A DNA stretch of 63,805 bases, filler included, from Salisapilia sapeloensis CBS 127946 (Eukaryota; Protista; Oomycota): assembly GCA_023334545.1 (NCBI GenBank). It is 4 parts of 4 records of this genome, joined end to end, with 100 filler letters (N's around TTAATTAATTAA, not from the genome) between each part and the next. Parts side by side here need not be neighbours in the genome. Positions count along the whole stretch, not along the records: positions 1 to 13,880 come from JAADVB010000394.1; positions 13,981 to 43,490 come from JAADVB010000227.1; 2 more parts are not named here. The stretch is one strand, 5' to 3'. Under the pieces are notes generated by a model. The model ran no database searches. It worked only from the letters and a program-made list of their open reading frames with translations, and had not been told where the DNA came from. Positions 12,468 through 22,024 of the stretch are shown piece by piece; the first letter of the stretch is position 1; every line of letters begins with the position of its first letter. The translations under genes and the position numbers were made by a program.

Positions 12468-12858
12468 CTAGAAACCGTGCAAGACGACCTGGGACTCCGT
12501 GCAAATCTCCTGGTCAACGAGGAACTCCCGGATGTTCGTGCGCTGGTCACCGGATAGCTGAATAATCTCTCCCAACTCGTCATCTTTCACGACAGCTCCG
12601 TTGCAGCTGAAGTTCTTCTTGAAAGCCTTCAAAATCTTCTTAATATCGAGGTCATCCGCAAGGCCTTGCACCGTCGTGAGGCACTTTCGGCCATTACGCT
12701 GCTGAACACGCACGTGGACCTTTCCACCGCCCATGGTCGTGTCATCCTTGGCATCAGCGAAGGCGTCTGTCGTACAATATTCTTAATATACCTTATATGG
12801 ATGTAGAAAAGTATGGGGGAGACATACCGAAGGTCTGGAAGTTCTGAATATCGGTCAT
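12468..12858 (-). CDS. SUI1: Translation initiation factor eIF1/SUI1, two exons
   Basis: MTDIQNFQTF, an intron, then ...KVHVRVQQRNGRKCLTTVQGL...FSCNG...IQLSGDQR...HGF. Confidence 0.95.
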
Positions 12859-12935
12859 CTCAGCTGTAAGTTCTTACTTGTTTTTTGTTGGTTTGAGAAG
12901 CCTTCTTCGAGAGGGATCGACCGAGTATACAAATT

Positions 12936-12946
12936 GCAAGTGAATC
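12936..12946 (-). promoter_or_regulatory. Inr-like core promoter element of eIF1 (GATTCACTTGC, followed by AATTT)
   Basis: Resembles the oomycete Inr/FPR consensus, about 80 nt upstream of the ATG. The identical 11-mer lies upstream of the P4-ATPase at 37925-37935. Confidence 0.45.
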
Positions 12947-13012
12947 ATTAAGAGACGCGTCCGCTCCGGAGGTCCTACTCATCCGCCAGACGGATCTGGT
13001 AACCACGTTTGA

Positions 13013-13880
13013 ATGGGGAATATACTGCCAGTGCTACAACAGCATCTAGATGAAGGTCGTGATATTATCATTGCAGATGCCATGGTGCCGTATGAATTGC
13101 TAGAGATGGAAGCGATTGAGAACTATTGGCATAGCTTTTATATGGACACCAAGCGGTTTATCCTGACTGAAGACCAATTTGAGGCTTTCTTGCTTCGAGC
13201 TGAAAAGTGGATGGACCCGCGAATTGACGTAGAAGCAGTGAAGAGAAAGATACATGCTGCATTTAAGTTGTTTCAAGGAGATCGGTGTTCGGAATTGATT
13301 GATATGGTCGAGTTCCTCACGGCGTTGGCATTTGTTGCCAAAGTACCTTTTGATGACAAGATTGAGCTCATGTTTGACTCGTGGGACCTCTCCTTTGGTC
13401 GTCAATTAAGTTTAGATAACTTTTTGATCTCTCTTAAATCAACTATTTGTGGTCTATCCAAGTTCTTGCTACCAGAGGACCAACCGACCAGAACGCCATT
13501 GGATGAGGACGATGTGTTTGCCTTTGGAGAGTTTCTATTTCGAAACATTCGGATGGATACAAAGGCACTACAGCGAGACGATCGAGACACCGTATCATAC
13601 GAACAATTTCACGAGTACTTTTCAAAGGACAAACGTGTTCGTCAACTCTTCACGCACCTTGATACTTCACTAGCTCCATCAATTCACGACGTGGGAAGAA
13701 CGGACCATACTACAGCAGATGAGAATCAAGAGTTTAGTGAAGATCTGTCGATGTTGGAGGAGAAGATTGATCGAGCTCAGTCGAAGGGTAATGAGGACGA
13801 AGGCCCAAGTTTCCACGATGAAGAGGAGTGGGGTGACGAGTTTCTCGCCATCAAGCCGTGGAAGGGCGCCATCGTGCCTC
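13013..13880 (+). CDS. EF-hand (NCS/calcineurin-B-like) plus EML/HELP protein, 3'-truncated by assembly spacer
   Basis: MGN start; EF-hand-like IDMVEFLTAL...DDKIELMFDSWD; ends at DEFLAIKPWKGAIVP, the KPW motif that precedes HELP domains; runs into Ns. Confidence 0.7.
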
Positions 13881-13980
13881 NNNNNNNNNNNNNNNNNNNN
13901 NNNNNNNNNNNNNNNNNNNNNNNNTTAATTAATTAANNNNNNNNNNNNNNNNNNNNNNNNNNNNNNNNNNNNNNNNNNNN
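13881..13980. other. Artificial contig spacer N44-TTAATTAATTAA-N44
   Basis: Exactly 100 bp with a six-frame-stop linker; identical copies at 43491-43590 and 62643-62742. Confidence 0.97.
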
Positions 13981-15556
13981 CCTTGTCGTGCGCAGCGAGA
14001 CTGTCGCTGCGACTCGTGATGAGGTTCGAGACGAGTGTCGATAGGCCTGGACAGCGGCAACTGAGGCCCATGAGACCCAGACGCAGTTCGTCGTCGCACA
14101 CGAGGTTGGACGGACTCATCCTGGCTGCTTCGAGCAACGTACGATTGTCCGAGTTGACGAGCATCGCGAACATTTGCGTATGCTCCGGCAGGTGCTGTGA
14201 GACTGCCAGAACACGAAGGACGGTGGCAGCGTCTTCCTGTCGGCCGTCTCGCGCAAACTTGTTCGGGATGAAGAAGACGGCGAGGGCTTGCTGCAGCTTG
14301 ACCATAGCCAACGTCGGTGCGTTTAGGACAGAGTCATAGATCAAGAAGACGCGCTTCATGTACCGCGGATTGGAGTTAACAAAGCCCATGACGTCTCGCT
14401 GGAACTGCGCCTGCTCCTCTTCGTCTGAGAACTGCATCAACACGACGATGTGCGTCTCCTGCACTCGATTGGCACCATGTCGACGCATCCACTTTGCCAC
14501 CAATGACTCATCCTCACTTTCCGTACTACTGCTACTGTGCTCGCTCGACTTTTCTGCATCTTCTTGTCGTCCTTCCTCCATCTCTTCATCCTGCGAAGTC
14601 GACGAGCGTCGATGTCGATCCGACTCATAGTCCGACTCGAAGCGTTTTAATGTGCTTCGACGATTGCTGCCTGATCGACGGCCTTCCAAGACTGCTTCGT
14701 GGTCTGGGTGGAAGAACTCGCGGATAAAGTCTTTGAGCTGAGCGGCAGACGGATTCCCTGTAACGATGACGTGCATCGTGTTGCGACTGCAGTCGTACTG
14801 GATCCCACCCAGACGCTCGTCTCCGTACAATTGAACGAACTCTGCCGTCTCGTTCGCGAATATGTAGATACCGACGATGATCATGATGCAAATGAGTGCT
14901 CTTCCGAGGAGAGTGGACGGACTAAAGTCTCCGTACCCGACGGTGGAGGCAGTGACGAACATAAAGTAGACGGAAGAGAAGAGGCTCCAGGTTTCTTCAC
15001 ACACAGGATAGTCAGACGTTCCGGAGCTTTTGGCGCTTAGTATCGTCTGGCCATTCCCACCTTCACTGCTGCATTGGTACACGTACAGCAAGTAGTTTTC
15101 CGTATTCGGAATTTCACCCATGCGCTCGAGTGCGAAGACGACACACGACGCAAAGAAGATGGTGCATATGGCTTTAAACGCGACGAGCAAGAGCTGCGTC
15201 GAGAAGGTCTTACGAGGGTAGAGTGAAAAGAGACTATCTATCACGACGTAGAAAATGTATGCTCGGAGGAAACCAAAGTCTAGCCAGGAACGGAGACCGT
15301 CTTCCGTCTCGACTGACAAGACAAAGTGCGACACGATGGACAGGAGGTCGAAGACGTTGTGGAACTGGACGCTAAACCTGGTTTTATGTAAAAGACAAAT
15401 CGTTAAGCTCATGTGAGTGGTGTACCAGACAAGGTTGGCGGATGTAGTTGTCTCGAAGCTATTCATGGCATACCGTACCCGACGGAAGCAGCTATAAAGA
15501 CTGCTGACTCGATGGACCAAGACAAAAACTTCACTGCTAGAGATCTTCTCGCGTCG
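13981..15556 (-). CDS. Slo/BK-family calcium-activated potassium channel, 3'-truncated; probable extra first exon at 15763-15792
   Basis: S1-S6 segments, pore TASTVGYGDFSP, RCK1 motifs HVIVTG...FIREFFHPD and DAATVLRVLAV...LCDDELRLGLMGLSCRCPGLSTLVSNL. Acceptor at 15557 and GTAAGT donor at 15762 are inferred. Confidence 0.88.
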
Positions 15557-15767
15557 CTGTTATTAATATGGTGTATAGCCATACTCTAAGCGGCACAGAC
15601 GTAGGCAAACGTGATAATCTGCACAACATCATTCTGCAAAGCACATATTGGTATATTGTTAGAGAAGGCATTCTGTCGAGGTAGATAAAGTCGAAGCAAC
15701 AGCGGCATATATCGACGCATCTCGACCTAACAGCAGCATAAGTCGACTCAAAGGCGACTTACCTCAA

Positions 15768-15803
15768 CATAGCGGCGACATAGTAGCGACATAGTGGCGA
15801 CAT
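15768..15803. repeat. 11-bp tandem repeat CATAG(C/T)(G/A)GCGA x3 plus CAT
   Basis: Units catagcggcga, catagtagcga, catagtggcga, cat read directly from the sequence. Confidence 0.85.
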
Positions 15804-15893
15804 TAGCTCGGCTTATGTTGCGTCAACGCCAGCCAAACTTTCGAATACCAAATCTTACGCTTGGCTCGCGATCGAATAATAGTAATAGAATCC

Positions 15894-16427
15894 ATGCCAA
15901 CGCCTGGTGATAGAGGAAGTATTGTTATCCGAGAGTACCATAGCGCTGATGAGCCGCAGGTTGTAGCATTATTCAAGTGCACACAACAGGACCAAATTAA
16001 CAAGGCCGATACACCATTTAAACCGCCGATGACATATTACTTCGAAGGATGTCTGAAAACGGACATGGCGGATTTGGAGGGTACCTACTTGACTCCTGGC
16101 GGCAATTTCTGGGTTGCCGTTGATGGAGAGGAAATCGTCGGTATCGTTGGTGCGGAGAAAAAATCGGACGACTTAATCGAGTTGAGGCGAATGGCGGTGG
16201 ATGCTTCCTATCGTCGCTATGGGATTGGCCGGCGACTAGTCGATCGAGTAGAAACCTGGGGTCGGGACCATGGCTTCCAGACAATCAACTTACATACTTT
16301 GAATCTAATGGACCATGCTCAAGCTTTTTACGAATCGATGGGATATACTTTACAAGACGAACGTCACAATATCCTGGAAGAGCCTCGCATGACCGTCATT
16401 TCGTATACAAAGAGATTAGAAAAGTAA
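15894..16427 (+). CDS. GNAT N-acetyltransferase (NAT8/Camello-like), copy 1
   Basis: IVIREY...GGNFWVA...IVGIVG...ELRRMAVDASYRRYGIGRRL (acetyl-CoA motif A)...AQAFYESMGY; first ATG at 15894. Confidence 0.88.
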   Translation: MPTPGDRGSIVIREYHSADEPQVVALFKCTQQDQINKADTPFKPPMTYYFEGCLKTDMADLEGTYLTPGGNFWVAVDGEEIVGIVGAEKKSDDLIELRRMAVDASYRRYGIGRRLVDRVETWGRDHGFQTINLHTLNLMDHAQAFYESMGYTLQDERHNILEEPRMTVISYTKRLEK

Positions 16428-17001
16428 AATGATAATAAAAGTTTGTCAAATAACTTTTACACGCTATTACTTTTTCCAATTTGTAAATCGTTAGCGTCGG
16501 ATCTTCCGGTGCTAGCATTGAATCGACAATCTTGTATCCAAGAGATTGATAGAAGCGTCTCGCATGGTTCTTGGGGCCTCCATTCCAGAGGAAGATGCTT
16601 GTAAAGCCTTGCTTTTCTGCCCATTCTTCTAAAGTCTGCATCAATTGGGCACCGATACCTTGTCTACGGTACTCTGCCGAAACAGCCATACGACGTAGCT
16701 CTGCCTGGTCTTCCGTCTTCTTTTCTAGGCCAACCATACCGATAATTTTGTTCGGCATCGCCTCAGCAACCCAAAATTGCCCGCCCTTTTCCTGGTAAGC
16801 TTCCTCGATATGGCCGAGATCGGTTTTTAAACTGTCCACTATGAACTCTCGCCAGTCAAATGTTGTCGCATTTGAGCCATTTACATTGTTCTCAGCCTCC
16901 TGATCATTTATGTAGACGGATAGACCGTCCACAAAGAGCTCATTAATGCCTTCTTGGTCACTCGATTGAAAGAAGCGAATGTTTGACCGTGCTTCTGGCA
17001 T
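16396..17001 (-). CDS. GNAT N-acetyltransferase (NAT8/Camello-like), copy 2
   Basis: NIRFF...GGQFWVA...IIGMVG...ELRRMAVSAEYRRQGIGAQL...ARRFYQSLGY. ATG 17001 is chosen by alignment with copy 1; the 3' end is uncertain. Confidence 0.85.
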   Translation of the reverse strand: MPEARSNIRFFQSSDQEGINELFVDGLSVYINDQEAENNVNGSNATTFDWREFIVDSLKTDLGHIEEAYQEKGGQFWVAEAMPNKIIGMVGLEKKTEDQAELRRMAVSAEYRRQGIGAQLMQTLEEWAEKQGFTSIFLWNGGPKNHARRFYQSLGYKIVDSMLAPEDPTLTIYKLEKVIACKSYLTNFYYHFTFLISLYTK

Positions 17002-17453
17002 GAGTCTTTTTCCTAGGAAGTCTAATCTGCGATGTGACGCTCCTCTACCTCGATCGGTAGCAAGCCCGGTCAGTCTATGCACTATCATATGCGCGTATAT
17101 TTCATGCTCCATCAGCTTTCCTTCCGACACTGCATCCTTCGTCGACAATAAACCTGACTCACAAGAAATGAATTAGCGACAGAAACTCGAAGCTTCGAGT
17201 ACTGAAAGGTGCTTCATCTGAAAGATAACGCAGATCTCCCTTTTGATAAAAGTATGACCAAAGCAGTCGTTACTCCAAGTTCAAGGTGTGTATCCTGACG
17301 TGCCAATGGTTTGCCACTCGGGACGAAACAGATTTAAATAAGATCATGTACGGATGCCCCATTGAAGTTTGGGATGCCTAATTCCATGCGCGGGATACAA
17401 TTACCGGCTTTATTTAGGTCGTTAATTGGGAAAGATGACTGGATTGAGTCATC

Positions 17454-18278
17454 ATGGTACGAAGATCTATTGGTACCTTCTTCGCGGCTCCATTCTTGAT
17501 CACAGCGTTGGTTTTAAGGACCGTAGTTTTGGTAGATTACACCAATGTGAAAGAGACAACGTTGGCGAAAAATAATCAGCCGTCCTATGAAAGATTTTAC
17601 TTTACGCAAAAGATCGGAGACCAATGGCTTGACGGATACATCGCTAGTCAATGTAAAAGTTTCGGTAAGTGTGATCCTCACTGGAGCGTCAAATTTGATT
17701 ATAAAGGACAACTACATGTCGCTCTTATAGTAATCTGAGATCCTGACTTTCGCACTGTGGCAAATACAAATCGCATCCAGAAACCGAAGATTGGCGATGG
17801 TTCACAACTTTGGACGGTCGAAAATGCAAAGGATGGTCCTGCTAGTGTCGGTGACAAGAGCCTATCCGGACTCCCCTCTGAACTCTTTTCAGGTAAAATA
17901 AGGGCTGAAGGGAAAGGCTTGTCTTTTGTAAGAACCTTTCGACCCATTCGGTCTGTCTGGAGCAAAAATAAGTAAGGTCTCATCCGACATGGAAATTTGG
18001 AATAGGTAGTTTACTTGGAGCTCTTAACAAACAGTCATGACTCCATAAATACAAAACCATACAGCCTCGTTTCTCTTGGTGACTCCGATAATAGCATAAT
18101 CAAACTTCCACAGGCTGTACACCATAGGCTTGACTCGCTTCAACCGGTCCATTCGCATGGAGGAAAGCTAAATAGTGAGCTTCTGTCGACTGATGAGACC
18201 ACTAAGACCGAAGCCCCTAAGCTTTGGAAGCTGACATGTCTGTTAGCGATTGTGAAGACAGCCAGCTATCGAACATAA
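17454..18278 (+). other. Unassigned reading frame: spliced orphan gene or pseudogene
   Basis: Three ORF-track fragments lie in one frame with only 3 internal stops in 275 codons; hydrophobic N-terminus; no family recognised. Confidence 0.3.
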
Positions 18279-19989
18279 CCGATTGAAAGCCTTATGAGCT
18301 CTCAGTCCACTGTAAAACGGGTGAAAAAAGGTTATGAGAGAGTATAAAAAGATGTCTGCGTCGTAAGCTTCCAGCAGATATGAAAAGCTAATAAAACATC
18401 ATTCCAGATGAGAAACAGATTAGAGCGCTATCCACTTCCTGTATAAGCAAATAAAGATGGCCTTGTTCGACACTATTTGTCTTCTTCAGTATCTCTTGGT
18501 GTATGGTAAACTATCGAGTGCTCAGTCCGCTTCATGTGTGCTCTCGTAGAAACGGTATGGCAAATACACGGATAAGTGCATACAGCCCACTTTCCTTGCG
18601 AAGTGAAATCAATAACTGCTCAGAACATGAATGATAACGTCATTCGAACACTGTCTAGTTATCCTTTCGTACTCTCTCTTCGTCCAACGTGAGAGGTTAC
18701 TTGCTTTTGACCGGTACTACTGGTAATCTCACATCCGAGCGTTTCGGCTTCGAAAGAAAGCACATTTTGGTCTAGGCGGGTGAAAAGAGGATTGAAACTT
18801 TGGGAAAAGCATAGAGCAGCCGGATAGGGTATTGGCTGATGAATGTGATAGCAAGATACGATTGATAAGCTGCCTCTCGCGTGCTCGCTGAACGAAGTTT
18901 CATTTAAAATTTGATGTAAATGAAGCTCTCCACATGGCTAAGCTGTCAGTCAATTCATTTGCAGTTCGAAGCTCATCGCTGGATAGTAGTCAATATCTTG
19001 AATCCTCATGGTCATTTTCCAGATTTTTTAAAGAGCTAAGGATGCTCGCAATAGTCATATATCGTCCACACTTTTCTCCGCTACGAGTCACGCCGGACCA
19101 ATGTAAAGGCAGCTCTGCTCGCTCAGAAGCTTTAATTATGAGTACCACGGTATTAAATTTAGTCAAAACTGTAGCACTGGCGGACGGTGGCAAAGGGATG
19201 ACTGGACCAAACGAAATTAATTTGTGGATCCACATGACCAACCTACTCGCCTTCTGTGTCGAATAAGGTAGGCACGTGTGAGCATTGTCATCTCTTGTGT
19301 AGAGGCCCTTTCGTCAGGCACGTACATATAAACCAGGCTTTGCACCTAGGTCAAAACGCGGCTTGCATCGATTCGAGAAACGCGTCTCTTATCGGGAAAG
19401 AGCCGGATGGCCATATGCCGGTTGAACGACATACTCCCGCTCTTTTCTACATTGCGTAGCTATTCTGATACTTGAAGATTTTCCCATTCATACCACCTTT
19501 CGGATGCCTTTCGGTCACACTAAGACTCTCTGGTAGTCCGTGAGCATTCCATTTATAAGGTGTGATAGATCTATTTCTAAGTTACCACAAAAGATCCAGT
19601 TAATCCATACGTATGATGCACATTTCGATGGTCTGAGTATGAATAAGTCGGCATAAGATGCTCCGTTCCAAATGTTTTACATGGGTATGTAAGCTGTCAG
19701 TATGCTCAGTGTTAAGCGCACTCGAGGAGTAGGAGACCAGTAATCTGGCAACTCGTTCATGAAAGATGTGAAAGAGTCGTTTGAAATCATGTATCGCCTC
19801 TTCTTCTCTGCACCTCTCCCAATCATGCTCTACACACGTAAGTGAAGATGAGATGACAACTTTCTGAGCCCATCCCAAACTTTAGTACCACCTGTCTCTG
19901 TCCTGGTTGGCACTACGTCACACCTGCATGTCGACGTTCGGAGATCGACATATTCCGTTTAGTCCACAGACAAAGCTCGAGCCTTCGAG

Positions 19990-20005
19990 ACTCACTTCTA
20001 CTTCC
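19990..20005 (+). promoter_or_regulatory. Inr+FPR-like core promoter of the DAACS gene (ACTCACTTCTACTTCC)
   Basis: Matches the oomycete YCAYTYY-N-WTTY pattern 35 nt upstream of ATG 20041. Confidence 0.55.
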
Positions 20006-20040
20006 ACCAGCTACGACTCACATCTGCCTCGGAAACCAAG

Positions 20041-21636
20041 ATGCCCGGATCACCGATTTCTGGATACAACGAAGCAGGTACGCCGAAAGGCGACGACGAC
20101 GCTCCTGCGGCGCCTCAAAGCGCGTTCATGAAGTTTTACTCTGGTCCGTTCGGCGTCGTTGCTGGTGCCGTCCTTGGTATTGCCATCGGTGCTGCCTGCA
20201 ACAGTTCCCACCCGTCAGAGGTAGTCACTTCCTGGGTGGGAATCCTCGGTACGCTCTTCATTAACGCCATTAAATGTCTGGTCGCTCCAGTGGTTTTCTG
20301 CTCCCTCGTTGTGGGTATGGCCGATATGCTGGCCGTGGGTAAGGCTGGCACGATCGGTTGGCGTGCTGCCGTCATGTACGTCCTGACGAGTGTCCTCGCC
20401 GCCATCGAAGGTCTCATCTGGGTTTTGATCTTCCGAAACTCTTTCTCTTCTCCGGAAAAAGAGAAGGAGGACGAGACGCCAAAGTTCGCTTTCGAGTGCC
20501 CGGAAGAAGGCGAGTACCTGACGTCTGTGAACGGTACGCTCGAATGTGTCGTGGATGAAGATTTCGAGTCCAGCGGGAAGCACCAGAACGAGTCCATCTT
20601 CATGGTGGAAGACATCAACTCGTACTTTGCTCTGCCCGAGTCTGAATTTGCAGAGCTGACAGTGTCGGAAGCTCTACAGGGCCAGCTAAAGGCTATGGTT
20701 CCGGCAAACATCACGGAGGCATTTGCCAACGCTACTCTGCTATCCATCGTCATGTTCGCCATGCCGTTCGGTGTTGCCATTGCTGCGCTGCCGCCTGACA
20801 TGAACCTCCTCGCAAGCTTCTTCCGTGAGGTGTACGAAGTGTTCATGAAAATGATCCACTGGGTCATTATGTGCACTCCCATCGCCCTCGTCTCTCTCCT
20901 CGCAGGCGTCATTATGAAGCAGGATGACCTTGCCCAGACGTTTAGTGATGTTGGAATCTTCGTGCTGTGCTCAGTGATCGGCATGATGTGCCACTTGCTT
21001 CTTGTCTACCCTACTCTGCTGTTGGCTTTTGCTCGCATCAACCCGTTGCCGCACATGCGAGCGATGATGCCTGCCATGGTATTCGCCTTCAGTTGTGCGT
21101 CGTCGATGGCAACACTGCCGGTGACTATGCGCTGCGTCGACTCGACTAAAAAGGTCAGCAAAGCCTTAAGTCGCTTCGTGCTATCTCTTGGAGCAACGAT
21201 CAACATGGACGGTGCTGCGTTGTGCTACCCCATTAACATCGTATTCATGGCGGAAGCCAGCGGTCAGGGCCATCTCATCGGCACGGTGGAATACATCATG
21301 ATCATCATTGTGTCGACAGTCGGTGCCGTCGGTGCCGGTCCTGTGCCGTCTGCCTCGATCGTGATGACGATGACGATCTGGTCGAGTGTGTTCCCGGACG
21401 TTGCGCTTCCCTCCACCTTTGCCTTCATCGTTGCGACGGACTGGCTGCTCGACCGCTTCCATACGGCGACGAATGTGACTGGTGATACTATCATCTCACG
21501 TATCATTGCAAAGATGGTCGGTGAGGACCAGCTTGAGGAAGAAGAGCTCGGCGCCATGAGCAACGCCATTGACCGTGTATCAGAGCGTTACTCAAGCCAC
21601 TACGGTGGCAAGAGTGACACGCACGAGCGCTACTGA
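20041..21636 (+). CDS. Dicarboxylate/amino acid:cation symporter (DAACS/SLC1/GltP family)
   Basis: FINAIKCLVAPVVFCSLV, AFSCASSMATLPVT, GATINMDG and DWLLDRFHTATNVTGD; intronless. Confidence 0.93.
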   Translation: MPGSPISGYNEAGTPKGDDDAPAAPQSAFMKFYSGPFGVVAGAVLGIAIGAACNSSHPSEVVTSWVGILGTLFINAIKCLVAPVVFCSLVVGMADMLAVGKAGTIGWRAAVMYVLTSVLAAIEGLIWVLIFRNSFSSPEKEKEDETPKFAFECPEEGEYLTSVNGTLECVVDEDFESSGKHQNESIFMVEDINSYFALPESEFAELTVSEALQGQLKAMVPANITEAFANATLLSIVMFAMPFGVAIAALPPDMNLLASFFREVYEVFMKMIHWVIMCTPIALVSLLAGVIMKQDDLAQTFSDVGIFVLCSVIGMMCHLLLVYPTLLLAFARINPLPHMRAMMPAMVFAFSCASSMATLPVTMRCVDSTKKVSKALSRFVLSLGATINMDGAALCYPINIVFMAEASGQGHLIGTVEYIMIIIVSTVGAVGAGPVPSASIVMTMTIWSSVFPDVALPSTFAFIVATDWLLDRFHTATNVTGDTIISRIIAKMVGEDQLEEEELGAMSNAIDRVSERYSSHYGGKSDTHERY

Positions 21637-22024
21637 GCCCGATTCCTTAGTTTCTCCATTGCTTTGTCCTGTCTGTTGGCGGGAAGAAGCGGTTCGATAG
21701 CTACCAGTGTTTAAGATGTGTATAAGTCTGGTAATAGATATCCATTTTTTTGTAAATAAGGCTGCTCCTGCTGGTTCTATGCATGAGCAGTCAAGGTCTC
21801 CATTCTGTCGGCTGCGCTGAGATCCATATTGGCATTCAGTCTACACACACTAGGACCGTACTGCACACGGGTCGCTGGCCCAAGTTACCACGTGGATGCG
21901 GTGCAGACTTTGTAGTCTTGGGTGCAAGGAGCTAACAAAGACGCACTAGACGGTAGGTCGTGACCGAATGGTTTAATCTATTCACTGATATGTTTTGCAC
22001 GCCTACACCATCACATGCGGTAAC

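Noticed and set aside
13925-13936. TTAATTAATTAA as a biological palindrome or repeat
   Set aside because: Always centred in 44+44 Ns; a synthetic six-frame-stop linker.
17454-18278. Stop-codon reassignment to explain in-frame stops
   Set aside because: TAA, TAG and TGA all terminate well-conserved genes in this window (RPL15, RPB1, DAACS).
18300-19900. Short ORFs as transposon or viral remnants
   Set aside because: No transposase, RT, integrase or capsid motif, no terminal repeats, and stop density is not convincingly low.
20136-20984. 282-aa minus-strand ORF
   Set aside because: Shadow of the DAACS gene.
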